This document shows, one piece after another, positions 38,805-48,786 of a stretch of 59,986 nt of DNA. A program made the translations under genes and the position numbers. Position 1 is the stretch's first letter. Each line of letters opens with the position of its first letter. The DNA comes from a candidate division Kazan bacterium (GTDB lineage Bacteria; Patescibacteriota; Kazan-3B-28). The notes below the pieces were generated by a model, which saw only the letters and a program-made list of their open reading frames with translations, was not told the origin of the DNA and made no database searches. The stretch is from the NCBI GenBank assembly GCA_003647645.1, contig QMNG01000003.1, positions 1-59,986 of the forward strand, read 5' to 3'.

Positions 38805-38819
38805 GTTTACAATAGACAT

Positions 38820-40331
38820 ATGGGGCTGGCAAAAATCAAGAGCGCGGCCATTATCGGCCTTAGCGCAATTCCGATTGATGTAGAAGTGGACATTAGCAAC
38901 GGTCTGCCGACTTTTAAGATAGTCGGCCTGCCTGACAAGGCAGTGGAGGAAGCCCGCGAGCGGGTGCGTTCGGCACTAAAGAATTCAAATATGCAGATGC
39001 CAAACAAGCGGCTAACTGTGAATCTGGCGCCGGCTGATGTAAAAAAAGTGGGCCCAGCCTATGATTTGCCGATTGCTGTAGGTTTAGCGTTAGCTTCTGA
39101 ACAAATTAAGCTGCCCGATGAGAAGATGCTGTTTGTAGGCGAATTAGCGCTTAACGGCGACGCCCGCAGTGCTAATGGAATCATTGCTATCGCCAACATG
39201 GCAAAGCAACAGGGTTACACAAAATTATTTGTTCCCTCCAAAAATGCCAAAGAGGCGTCCTTAATTGACGGGATTGAGGTTATTCCTACCAGCAACCTGA
39301 AGGATTTAATGCTGCATTTCCGCGAAGAACAGGTTATTCTTCCCCATCCCAAACAAAAAATTGTCCCGAGATTGCCAAAAGCAGAAAACGATATGAAAAA
39401 TATCGCCGGACAGGAACAGGCCAAACGGGCACTGGAAATCGCTGCCGCCGGCGGACATAATATTCTGATGACTGGACCTCCGGGCAGCGGCAAAACTATG
39501 CTGGCCAAAGCCCTTCCGGGAATTCTGCCGGAGATGAATGTAAAAGAGATCTTGGAAGTAACAAATATCTACAGTGTGGCGGGAATGTTACAGGACCAAT
39601 CGATTATATCCACCCGGCCATTTAGGAGCCCACATCATACCTCATCGTATGTAGCGTTGGTTGGCGGCGGCAATTGGCCCCAGCCCGGCGAGGTGTCGTT
39701 GGCGCATCGGGGGGTTTTATTTTTGGATGAACTGCCGGAATTTCCCAGAAATGTATTGGAAGTTTTGCGCCAGCCGTTGGAAGATGGCGTGGTCCATGTC
39801 GCCCGCGCAGCCGGCAAAGTTAGTTTCCCGGCTCGATTCATGCTGGTCGCCGCCAAAAATCCCTGCCCGTGCGGATATTTTGGCGATCGGGACAAGACCT
39901 GCACCTGCTCTGCCGGACAGATCGAGAGTTATAATAAGAAAATTTCCGGCCCCCTGCTTGATAGAATTGACATCCATATCGAAGTGCCTAGGGTGGAATA
40001 TAAAAAACTTCGTAATCCCGAATCAAACTGTGAAAGTTCCGCCGCGATCCGCCAGCGTATTGCCCAAGCACGACTAATCCAAAAGGAAAGATTTGAAAAA
40101 TCAGCCACCAACAACAATGGCGAGATGACCACTGAGGAAATAAAAGCATATTGCATACTAGATGACGCGGGCGAACAACTTTTGGAACAGGCTGTAACTT
40201 CCTATCATTTGTCCCCTCGCAGCTACACTAGAATATTGAAAATTGCCCGCACCATCGCTGATTTGGAAAATTCAGAATCAATCAAGCCAAATCACTTGGC
40301 AGAGGCCATTCGTTATAAAGTTATAGAATAA
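38820..40331 (+). CDS. comM: YifB/ComM Mg-chelatase-like AAA+ ATPase
   Basis: VEVDI.NGLP.F.IVGLPD.AV.E.RERVR.A, TVNLAPAD..K.G..YDLPIA, GPPGSGKTMLA, PFR.PHH..S, GEVSLAHRGVLFLDELPEF, NPCPCG, SGPLLDRID. Confidence 0.93.
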   Translation: MGLAKIKSAAIIGLSAIPIDVEVDISNGLPTFKIVGLPDKAVEEARERVRSALKNSNMQMPNKRLTVNLAPADVKKVGPAYDLPIAVGLALASEQIKLPDEKMLFVGELALNGDARSANGIIAIANMAKQQGYTKLFVPSKNAKEASLIDGIEVIPTSNLKDLMLHFREEQVILPHPKQKIVPRLPKAENDMKNIAGQEQAKRALEIAAAGGHNILMTGPPGSGKTMLAKALPGILPEMNVKEILEVTNIYSVAGMLQDQSIISTRPFRSPHHTSSYVALVGGGNWPQPGEVSLAHRGVLFLDELPEFPRNVLEVLRQPLEDGVVHVARAAGKVSFPARFMLVAAKNPCPCGYFGDRDKTCTCSAGQIESYNKKISGPLLDRIDIHIEVPRVEYKKLRNPESNCESSAAIRQRIAQARLIQKERFEKSATNNNGEMTTEEIKAYCILDDAGEQLLEQAVTSYHLSPRSYTRILKIARTIADLENSESIKPNHLAEAIRYKVIE

Positions 40332-40496
40332 ATAACCCCTCCATAATGTTTATTCCGCATTGAGCAAATTGTGCAAGCCAATAGAAAAATTACCGCCAGC
40401 GAAGCTGCACGTTTGAGCGGAGCGAGTTCAGCGAGAGCTGGAAAGGTAATTTTGTCTAAATTGGCTCACAATTTGTGAACAGGGTGTCTTTTTTGA

Positions 40497-40557
40497 GGCA
40501 CTTTTGGGACAAGCAAAAAGTGCCAAAACATTTTGGCTACTTTTGATAAAAATAACA
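40497..40557. repeat. Double-hairpin TACTTTT..AAAAGTA element, copy B
   Basis: GGCACTTTTG...AAAAAGTGCC-AAAACATTTTGG-CTACTTTT...AAAAATAAC. Confidence 0.7.
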
Positions 40558-40603
40558 CTATATTCTAAACGCCCCAAAATTTGGGACGTTTACTTTATCT
40601 ACT

Positions 40604-40933
40604 TTACAAAAGTCCTACTAGCCAACTACCAAAAGCAGTATTATCGATAGCCCAATTGAGCGCCACCAACACAACTATTATGGCCACTATTAAAATCAAT
40701 AAGAAAATCAGATCTTTCTTGACATAGCTATACTCGTGGACAACGGGCGGAGTAACCGGCGCAGCCGGTGTTACCGGGGCCTCTGGAGAAACCAGTGTTT
40801 CAGTTTGCGCGCTCTCCTCTGGTTGGCGAACGACTGCTTCAGGGACAGCTCTTTCTGCATCTTGATGCAACGCCTGAAGGCGTTGTAATTCCTTTAATCG
40901 TTTGAGATGTTTCTTCGACATCTTAAATAACAA
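40604..40933 (-). CDS. Hypothetical protein with C-terminal TM
   Basis: Charged N-terminus, Pro/Val linker, HEYSYVKKDL..., then a hydrophobic helix. Confidence 0.7.
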   Translation of the reverse strand: MLFKMSKKHLKRLKELQRLQALHQDAERAVPEAVVRQPEESAQTETLVSPEAPVTPAAPVTPPVVHEYSYVKKDLIFLLILIVAIIVVLVALNWAIDNTAFGSWLVGLL

Positions 40934-40943
40934 TCTTATAATC

Positions 40944-41005
40944 TGTCATCCCGAGGTACTCGAGGGATCTGTTCTATAAGATTCTTCGACTGCGCTCAGA
41001 ATGAC
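40944..41005. repeat. TGTCAT...ATGACA REP-like doublet
   Basis: Reverse complement matches the element in the GIY-YIG tail (28201-28273), including AGATCCCTCGAGTACCTCGGGATGACA exactly. Confidence 0.9.
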
Positions 41006-41141
41006 AATGGGCGAAACGGGTCCTTTTCTCGCATCCAACACTCCGCACCCTCCTTCGTTCAATCTCATCACAAGTAGGAGATTTGCCTCTTGTGATATAG
41101 ATTTCACTACGGACGGGCAGACCGGCGATGTCTTCAGCACA

Positions 41142-41265
41142 GAAATCCCGCGACGACCTACTTTCGCGGGGCCTTGCGGTCCCACTATCATCGGCGCTGG
41201 GGTGCTTAACTGCCGTGTTCGGAATGGGAACGGGTGTTTCCACCCCGCTACAGTCACGGGATTTC
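41142..41265 (-). rRNA. rrf: 5S rRNA
   Basis: CCCGTTCCCATTCCGAACACGGCAGTTAAGC...GCCGATGATAGT...GAAAGTAGGTCGTCGC; ends GAAATCCCG/CGGGATTTC pair. Confidence 0.95.
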
Positions 41266-41291
41266 TAAGCTGAAAATACTACCGAGGAGCA

Positions 41292-41743
41292 CCTGCCCGA
41301 AACGCTCCGCGTATGCGACGCAGGCGGGCAATGTTTGATACTAATTTTTAATCTATTTCCCGGAGATGAAGAAATCCTTCAGTTTTTGCAGGCCTTCATC
41401 CATTGATATAAACAATCTTATCAGCTCGGCTAATGCTAAGATCAGAACAGCTTCTATTGTGCTGACGAATACAATCGCCAAACCGGCAGAAATACCTGAA
41501 CCGCCAAACAGCGGAACACCATAACTGACAATAATCTCCGGATTCAACCAAGCCAAAAAGCCAACGGCAAGCCCCCCTATAAATATTAGCCAACCAAGAC
41601 CACGTAGGACATATATAGATGTCCGCAACATTTTATACTTACCCATAAATTCTCAAAAAAATAATTAATTTACCTTGCCCGAAATGCTACGTATAACGTT
41701 GCAGACGGGCCAGCCCGCAGCAGATACAGCGTTTCTGGCGGGC
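41292..41743. repeat. GCCCG...CGGGC hairpin repeats flanking the gene in the 23S-5S spacer
   Basis: 41292-41329, 41675-41710, 41712-41743; related units at ~48239-48278 and ~48349-48380. Confidence 0.6.
41353..41646 (-). CDS. Hypothetical 2-TM membrane protein in the 23S-5S spacer
   Basis: 97 aa, two hydrophobic helices, ..LALAELIRLFISM.E.L..L C-terminus. Confidence 0.7.
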   Translation of the reverse strand: MGKYKMLRTSIYVLRGLGWLIFIGGLAVGFLAWLNPEIIVSYGVPLFGGSGISAGLAIVFVSTIEAVLILALAELIRLFISMDEGLQKLKDFFISGK

Positions 41744-42124
41744 ACAAATCAAGAATATCACAACTTTCCTAAATCGCCGATTCAAGGAATGTAAGCACAA
41801 GCCTTTATCCAATCGAACGAAAAAATTATCGAATTATTAGTACAACTCGGCTGAATGCATTACTGCACTTACACCTGTTGCCTATCAACCAGGTAGTCTT
41901 CCTGGATTCTCACTTCCGCCGAAGCGGAAATCGAAATCTGTCTTGGAGGAGGCTTCGCGCTTATATGCTTTCAGCGCTTATCCCGTCCGCACATAGCTAC
42001 CCGACGGTGCCCTTGGTAGGACAGCCGGTACACCAGAGGTGCGTTCACTTCGGTCCTCTCGTACTAGAAGTGACTCTCCTCAAATTTCCATGTCCACAGC
42101 AGATAGAGACCGAACTGTCTCACG

Positions 42125-42869
42125 CATGTATCTCCATTATTACTAATGGCATAGACTATATCTTCACCCTTTCTTGTACATCTACAAGATGAGGGGGTGG
42201 CGTATGATGGGTGGCTAGTTGCCGATCCCATCTCATCAATCCATTCTTGCCAGAGTGAATCGAATCAGTCGTTACGGGGAAAGAGATTATTTGTTTGCAG
42301 AAACTTTTTAACTGTTGTCTGATTAATCGTCCGTTTCTTAGAATAATTATACTTTGCAGTTTCATCTACCAGAGCCGCTCTCTTAAGAAGCTCTCGGGGA
42401 GACATTCTTTGGTGCGAAGAACCAATTCCCAACACACATAAATCAATAACTTTTTGTGCTAAGGTCTTTTTAAGTCGCAAGTACGGCAACAATTTAGTTA
42501 ACACATCGTAGACTGGCTGATATCCAACAATCGTATATTCAGCCATTTGATCGTTACGAACTCGAACATATCCGAATTTGAATTGATTTTTTAACCATTC
42601 GAGAAAATCCTTTTTAGTTTCTTTTTGATAAAAAACTATACTGACTCGAATTTGGTAACCATGGATATATCCTTTCCGTTTCACAAGTTGTGCCATAATA
42701 CAACCGTCTCCGTCCAAGAATCCCGCAATGTAAGCAAGTAATGTTTCTGTCATAAACTCAGTCTTCCCTCGGTATTGCCCTCTGTTGGTTCGGTATTCAA
42801 CAGTAGGGTTTCACCGATATTAGCCACGTTTATTGTACAACATTTCTGTTGTAGAACGCAATGTAACTT
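42125..42869 (-). mobile_element. Group I intron at 23S position 2593 (E. coli numbering)
   Basis: Interrupts AGAACGT|CGTGAGAC; 5' exon ends in U, intron ends in G; IGS GCGTTCT; AAGATATAGTC S element. Confidence 0.93.
42265..42753 (-). CDS. Single-motif LAGLIDADG homing endonuclease (I-CreI-like)
   Basis: [18 protein letters not shown]...[14 protein letters not shown]; located in the L2593 intron, the site I-CreI homes to. Confidence 0.93.
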   Translation of the reverse strand: MTETLLAYIAGFLDGDGCIMAQLVKRKGYIHGYQIRVSIVFYQKETKKDFLEWLKNQFKFGYVRVRNDQMAEYTIVGYQPVYDVLTKLLPYLRLKKTLAQKVIDLCVLGIGSSHQRMSPRELLKRAALVDETAKYNYSKKRTINQTTVKKFLQTNNLFPRND

Positions 42870-43492
42870 ACGTTCTGAACCCAGCTCGCGTGCCTCTTTA
42901 ATTGGCGAACAGCCAAACCCTTGGAACCTGCTCCAGCTCCAGGATGAGACGAGCCGACATCGAGGTGCCAAACCACGCCGTCGATATGGACTCTCGGGCG
43001 TGATAAGCCTGTTATCCCCGGGGTAACTTTTATTCGTTGAGCTTCCGCGCACCCATGTGCTACGGTCGGATCACTATAGCCTGCTTTCGCATCTGCTCGA
43101 CTTGTAGGTCTCGCAGTTAAGCTCCCATATACTATTGCGCTATCATCCCGATTTCCATCCGGGACTAGGGAACCTTTGAACGCCTCCGTTACTTTTTAGG
43201 AGGCAACCGCCCCAGTTAAACTACCCACCAAACGCTGTCCCTCTGCCGGATAACGGCTAGAGGTTAGAATTAAAAGCTCATCAGGGTGGTATTTCAAGGA
43301 CGACTCCACCCCGACTGGCGTCGGGGCTTCTTAGTCTCCCACCTATCCTACACAGATGAAATTTTAACCCAGCGTCAAGCTGTAGTGAAGCTCCACGGGG
43401 TCTTTTTGTCTTGCTGCGGATAACCGGCATCTTCACCGGTAATGTAGTTTCGCCGAGTCCCTCTTTGAGACAGTCTCCAGATCGTTACGCTA

Positions 43493-43835
<343 letters not shown>

Positions 43836-43849
43836 ACCTTAGGACCGTT

Positions 43850-44620
43850 CATTTATGTTACTTTGCATAACCACATCCATTACTGATATTGCGCTCTGTG
43901 GCGCCCCGCCGTTTCCGGTTTCCATTTTGCTTATGCAAAATGGCGGGGTCTGCATGTCGCCATGCAGATCGGACTATATCATCTCTGATGTCGAAATCTG
44001 TCGTGTATCAGAGTTCGGCGTATAGTCTCTGAGGATTCTCGCTGTAGAATTCTTTCTCTTACCACCACTATTCATCTGGTGGCGCAACGACAAGGCTAAC
44101 AAATAGTCATTATCGTCGAGTTGTGGTTTAGCCAATAAATTGGCTACCTGTTTAAAACGCTCAAATTCTTGGGCTTTTTGACCCACGAGGGGAAATTTGT
44201 CAAAGAAGGGAATAACACAAGAACATATTTCTGGTAGCGAATTTACTTCGAAATACCATGCATCATTACCTGCTTTGCGCATTGTTCCACATCTAAGAGT
44301 GTTTTTGAATAACTCAAGTGGTTCGCGGTCGCGTTGCGAAACATTAAAGGCGGCGGATATTCTCCAGCCCCTTCTATAATCGCTACGACGACGGCAGATG
44401 ATCATAAAACTACCTTCTCCCAGAGCAAATCCGGAAAGAAAATAACCTATGTCATCAGAAATAGAATTTACATCGAGCCTTTCCTGCTGATTGTCTGCAC
44501 CCGAGACATTGTCAGAAACCATATGTTAAGCATATAAGCTTCTAGTCTGGGATACTACACCTTTTTCAGGACAGAGTTTCCAGCATATAGCCGAATTTTA
44601 CAACTACCTCGGTCAAGTTG
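43850..44620 (-). mobile_element. Group I intron at 23S position 1917
   Basis: Interrupts GTAACTAT|AACGGTCC; U before, G at end; IGS GTAGTTGT; P/Q/R/S elements present. Confidence 0.92.
43974..44522 (-). CDS. LAGLIDADG homing endonuclease overlapping the ribozyme core
   Basis: GYFLSGFALGEGSF...F.VSQRDREPL, IPFFDKFPLVGQKA.EF..F; N-terminus ADNQQERL reads through Q, C-terminus through R and S. Confidence 0.9.
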   Translation of the reverse strand: MVSDNVSGADNQQERLDVNSISDDIGYFLSGFALGEGSFMIICRRRSDYRRGWRISAAFNVSQRDREPLELFKNTLRCGTMRKAGNDAWYFEVNSLPEICSCVIPFFDKFPLVGQKAQEFERFKQVANLLAKPQLDDNDYLLALSLRHQMNSGGKRKNSTARILRDYTPNSDTRQISTSEMI

Positions 44621-44804
44621 ATAGTTACGGCCGCCGTTCACCAGGGCTTAGATCAGAAGCTTTAACCAACGCGAAGCGCTGGTCTGACCTCCTCACGTGA
44701 CCTTCTGGCACTGGGCAAGCGTCAGTCCCTATACTTCCTCTTGCGAGTTAGCAGAGACCTGTGTTTTTGATAAACAGTCGCCTGGAGTCTTTAGCTGCGG
44801 CCAG

Positions 44805-44935
44805 CCACCGCTCCGCAATGGAAATGTCAAATTAAGAATTAGAATGTCAAATGATGGAAGAAGATTCTTTGAATCTTCAATCGTTCATTCTTCATTATTC
44901 ATTCTGCATTGTTCATTCCCAGTGCGAAGCGTTGG
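44805..44935. mobile_element. Structural-RNA hairpin insert, copy 4 (23S, ~helix 63)
   Basis: CCACCGCTCCGCAATGGAA...heptamer arms...TTCCCAGTGCGAAGCGTTGG. Confidence 0.8.
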
Positions 44936-45567
44936 TTGGCAGTCCTTATCCCGAAGTTACGGACGCTGTTTTGCCGAGTTCCTTAAAGAGGGTTCTCTCG
45001 TACGCCTTAGGCTACTCGCCCTACCCACCTGTGTCGGTTTCAGTACGGATATTTTGCATTCTCGCTAGAGGTTTTTCCAGTCAGATTAAATCAGCCAAGT
45101 TATTTCATCCCGAAGGAATCCACTCCCATTCACAGCTCGAAGTTTATCGGCGAACCGAATAATCTCCCGGATTTGCCAAAGAGATCCTCCTCACTGCTTA
45201 GACCCGGAAACCTATCCGGGCTCAGCCTATCATTCTGCGTTACCCCATTGCTAGGCGCGCAAACCCGTGAACTGGCATCCATTCTGCTGTACAGCAGAAC
45301 GATCATCCAATCCGCAGAATTTGTTTGCCTTGGACGAACACAAAATAGTACAGGAATATTAACCTGTTGCCCATCGACTACGCTTTTCAGCCTCGCCTTA
45401 GGACCGACTAACCCTGGGACGAAAACCGTCGCCCAGGAAACCTCAGGTAAATCGGCGTCAAGGTTTTTCACCTTGATCTCGCTACTCGTGCCAACATTCT
45501 CACTTCTGTACGCTCCACCGAACCTTACGGTTCAACTTCACTGCTGTACAGAACGCTCCCCTACCAC

Positions 45568-45712
45568 ACCACTGCTACGCAGTGGAAGCACTAAACCCTA
45601 AGCACTAAATCCTAAACTTATCTTACTCGTTTGTCCCAGTTTGGAATTTGGGATTTGGAATTTGTTTAGAATTTAGGATTTCGAATTTAGAATTTCCATT
45701 GCGGAGCAATGG
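45568..45712. mobile_element. Structural-RNA hairpin insert, copy 5 (23S, ~helix 45)
   Basis: ACCACTGCTACGCAGTGGAA...TTCCATTGCGGAGCAATGG between GAACGCTCCCCTACC and CATCCGCATCTTCGG. Confidence 0.88.
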
Positions 45713-45797
45713 CATCCGCATCTTCGGTACTTAATTTAGCCCCGTTACATTTTCGGCGCAGACACACATCGACCAGTGAGCTATTACGCTTTCTTTG

Positions 45798-45828
<31 letters not shown>

Positions 45829-46337
45829 TTGTTTATGTGTCTCTACTTCCTTTCACACTTAATTAAGTTTAGGGACCTTAGATGGCGGTCTGGGCTGTTT
45901 CCCTCTCGACGCATGACGCTTAGCCGCCACGGTCTGACTCTGAGACTTTTGACCAGTCAGTATTCGGAGTTTAATTGGATGTGGTACACATAAGTGCCCA
46001 AATCCATTCAGTAGCTCTACCACTGCTGGGAACGTTCTCAGGCTATACCTAAATATATTTCGGGGAGAACCAGCTATCTCCGAGCTCGATTGGAATTTCT
46101 CCGCTAACCACAGCTCATCCCCTCACTTTTCAACGTAAGTGGGTGCGGCCCTCCACAACTTTTTACGGTTGCTTCAGCCTGGCCATGGTTAGATCGCCCG
46201 GTTTCGGGTCTAATCCCTGCTACTTCAATCGCGCTATTCACACTTGCTTTCGCTTCGGCTACGCCAGTCTAGTGGCTTAACCTTGCAACAAAGATTAACT
46301 CGTTGGCTCATTCTACAAAAGGCACGCAGTCACACCA

Positions 46338-46502
46338 CCAGCACTCTGTGCTGGATGGAAATACTAAGCACGAAGCACTAAATACTAAACAATATCTAAA
46401 TAATAAATTTCCAAACAGGTTTAAAGTGTTTGAAGGTTTAGAATTTGTAATTTGTTTAGAGTTTAGAATTTCGGATTTAGAGTTTCCAGCACACAGTGCT
46501 GG
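46338..46502. mobile_element. Structural-RNA hairpin insert, copy 6 (23S, ~helix 25), variant ends
   Basis: CCAGCACTCTGTGCTGG...AAGCACTAAATACTAAAC...GTTTAGAGTTTAGAATTTCG...TTTCCAGCACACAGTGCTGG. Confidence 0.82.
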
Positions 46503-46522
46503 CGATGCTCCTACTATTATTC

Positions 46523-46553
<31 letters not shown>

Positions 46554-46566
46554 CCTCACAGGGGGA

Positions 46567-46606
<40 letters not shown>

Positions 46607-47644
46607 TGGAATGATATTTAGCCTTACCAGATGGTCCTGGCAGATTCCGGCAGAATTTCACGGGTTCCACCGTACTCGAGAGAAAACACTTCAGAGTAAT
46701 TTTCCTTTCGCTTACAGGACTTTCACCTTCTTTGGTTGCCCTTTCCAGGGACCTTCTGCTAGGAAAATTATTTGTTAACTCCTGATTGAATTTACTGATT
46801 CAATACGTGCAATCCTCACAACCCCCTCTTTCACAACGCCAGTAAGCTTTTCCATGAAAGAAGGTTTGGGCTCTTCCCTTTTCGCTCGCCGCTACTGGGG
46901 GAATAAACATTTGTTCTCTTTTCCTCGTGGTACTAAGATGTTTCAGTTCCCACGGTTCCCTCCTCACTGCCTATGTGTTCAGCAGTGGGTTACGCTAATG
47001 CGTTGGGTTTCCCCATTCGGACATCCCCGGATCATAGGATGTTTGACTCCTTCCCGAGGCTTTTCGCAGTCTACTACGTCCTTCTTCGGTCATTCCAACC
47101 AAGGCATCCACCATATGCTCTTGAGTAACTTATTCACTCGATTTTTGGGGTTTAAAGACTAGTGCCTAGACATTCTTAAATCGGCGATTTAAGAAAGTTA
47201 GTTTAATTTTTGCCTAATTTTCAAAGGGCTAAGATATTGAAATTGGGATGCTCCATTCGACAAGCCCAGAGCAAATTCCCCTTCGAGGAATTTAAAAACA
47301 GGGCGTTCATCCCTGCTGAAAAATTTTCAACTTAAAAGGATGAATTACGTTTTAAACAGATTTTGCAGAAACAAACTAAACAAATCGATAGCTGATCTTA
47401 TATGGACTTCGTAGTCGAGTATATTCAACTGTTGATAATTAAAGACTATATCCTTGTCCCCCCACTGGGGATACATTAGTAAATCTATCATATATATGAT
47501 AGACATACAAGAAAGATTATTACAATATATCCCCTTGGCGTCAACCCCATACAAGCGACTTTCTGTAAAACGGGGTACCCTCTGTTATTACAGAAGCGTC
47601 GTCTACGGGGCAAGGGGGTATAATAGGGATACCTGTCCTGCTCA

Positions 47645-47731
47645 TTGTCATTCTGAATTCATTTCAGAATCTAGCTTCCTGCCCAGAGGGCTTTAGCCCG
47701 GAGGGATCCTGAAACTAGTTCAGGATGACGG
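47645..47731. repeat. TGTCAT...ATGACG REP-like doublet containing GCCCGGAGGG
   Basis: TTGTCATTCTGAATTCATTTCAGAATC...GGATCCTGAAACTAGTTCAGGATGACGG. Confidence 0.8.
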
Positions 47732-47774
47732 AAGAGAGAGCTTCCAGACTCCAAATTCTAAATTCCAACCCATT

Positions 47775-48047
47775 ATGGAAGAATTGAGTAAAAGCATCAA
47801 AAAAATTAAGCTCCAGAAGCGGAATCCGCATCTCCATTCGGAATTGCATGCTCTGGTAGATGAGGTGAGGGTTCAGTTTGGCGAAACGGCAAAAAAAGGC
47901 GTGGGTTCTTTTAGCTTTTATTTAGGGTTTTTTAAGAGACTAGGAGTAAATAAGGTCCGCCAGATACTGGCAGAAGTGAAGCAATCTAATGCAGAGGATC
48001 CGAAAAAGCTCTTTTGGCATCTTATAGGAGAAGAATCGAAAAAATAA
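47775..48047 (+). CDS. Hypothetical protein (90 aa)
   Basis: Open frame with protein-like composition, bounded by repeat elements; no family recognised. Confidence 0.65.
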   Translation: MEELSKSIKKIKLQKRNPHLHSELHALVDEVRVQFGETAKKGVGSFSFYLGFFKRLGVNKVRQILAEVKQSNAEDPKKLFWHLIGEESKK

Positions 48048-48365
48048 CCTTGTCCTCGGGCTTGACCCGGGGATCCAGAAATAACAGTTTTTCGCTACCA
48101 TTTGAGTCGGCAAACGGTAGCACCAAACCGACCGCTGTGTTCGTCGGGTTTTTCATTGGCTAAATCCTCTTACCGCTTAAAGGGGTAAACTCGTTCATTC
48201 CTTCACTCAAACATACCCCACACGATAAGGATTTAACTCCCGCCTGCATCAGCTGTGCTTCAAGCACTGCGGGCAGGCAATTCAAGACAACCGACCTCCA
48301 ATGCGGGATTAAATGTAATCGGCCCATTCGCGGGCCGATTGGTTATTCTTGCCCGAAGCATAGTT

Positions 48366-48647
48366 TTACTGCGGGCGGGTTAGCTTATAGGTGACTTTCG
48401 GGCCGGATTTGCCTATTTGTCTGATCAGTCCCTGTTTTTCTAGCTCATCCAAGTCGCGGGTGGCTTGAGACTGTGATACCCCCGTTAACTTCCTGTACTG
48501 CTCGTTAGTAATTTCCCCCTCTTTTTTGAGATGCTCTAATGCTCTCCGCCTCTGCCACTCCTGCTTCTCCACTACTTTAACTCTGCCCGGCCTTACCCAA
48601 AGCCATGCGATAATCCCTAATAAGATGAAAATGATTAAATAATACAT
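48366..48647 (-). CDS. Membrane-anchored winged-helix (DeoR-like HTH) protein
   Basis: N-terminal TM, then ITN.QYRKLTGVS.SQATRDL.ELEK.GLI.QIG..G..V.Y. Confidence 0.75.
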   Translation of the reverse strand: MYYLIIFILLGIIAWLWVRPGRVKVVEKQEWQRRRALEHLKKEGEITNEQYRKLTGVSQSQATRDLDELEKQGLIRQIGKSGPKVTYKLTRPQ

Positions 48648-48786
48648 AAATTCATTTTACATCAAAAAACAGCCCCATTTTTTAACGGCCCACCCACGGG
48701 CTGTTAGACTTTCATAAAATTTTATGAATAAAAGCTTCCTCTGTTATATTATTTTACAGATTCCAAATACCAGTATGTCGTTTGAC

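Noticed and set aside
47345-47696. Short ORFs upstream of 23S
   Set aside because: No RBS or motif; the region looks like the rRNA promoter and leader and one ORF runs into a REP unit.
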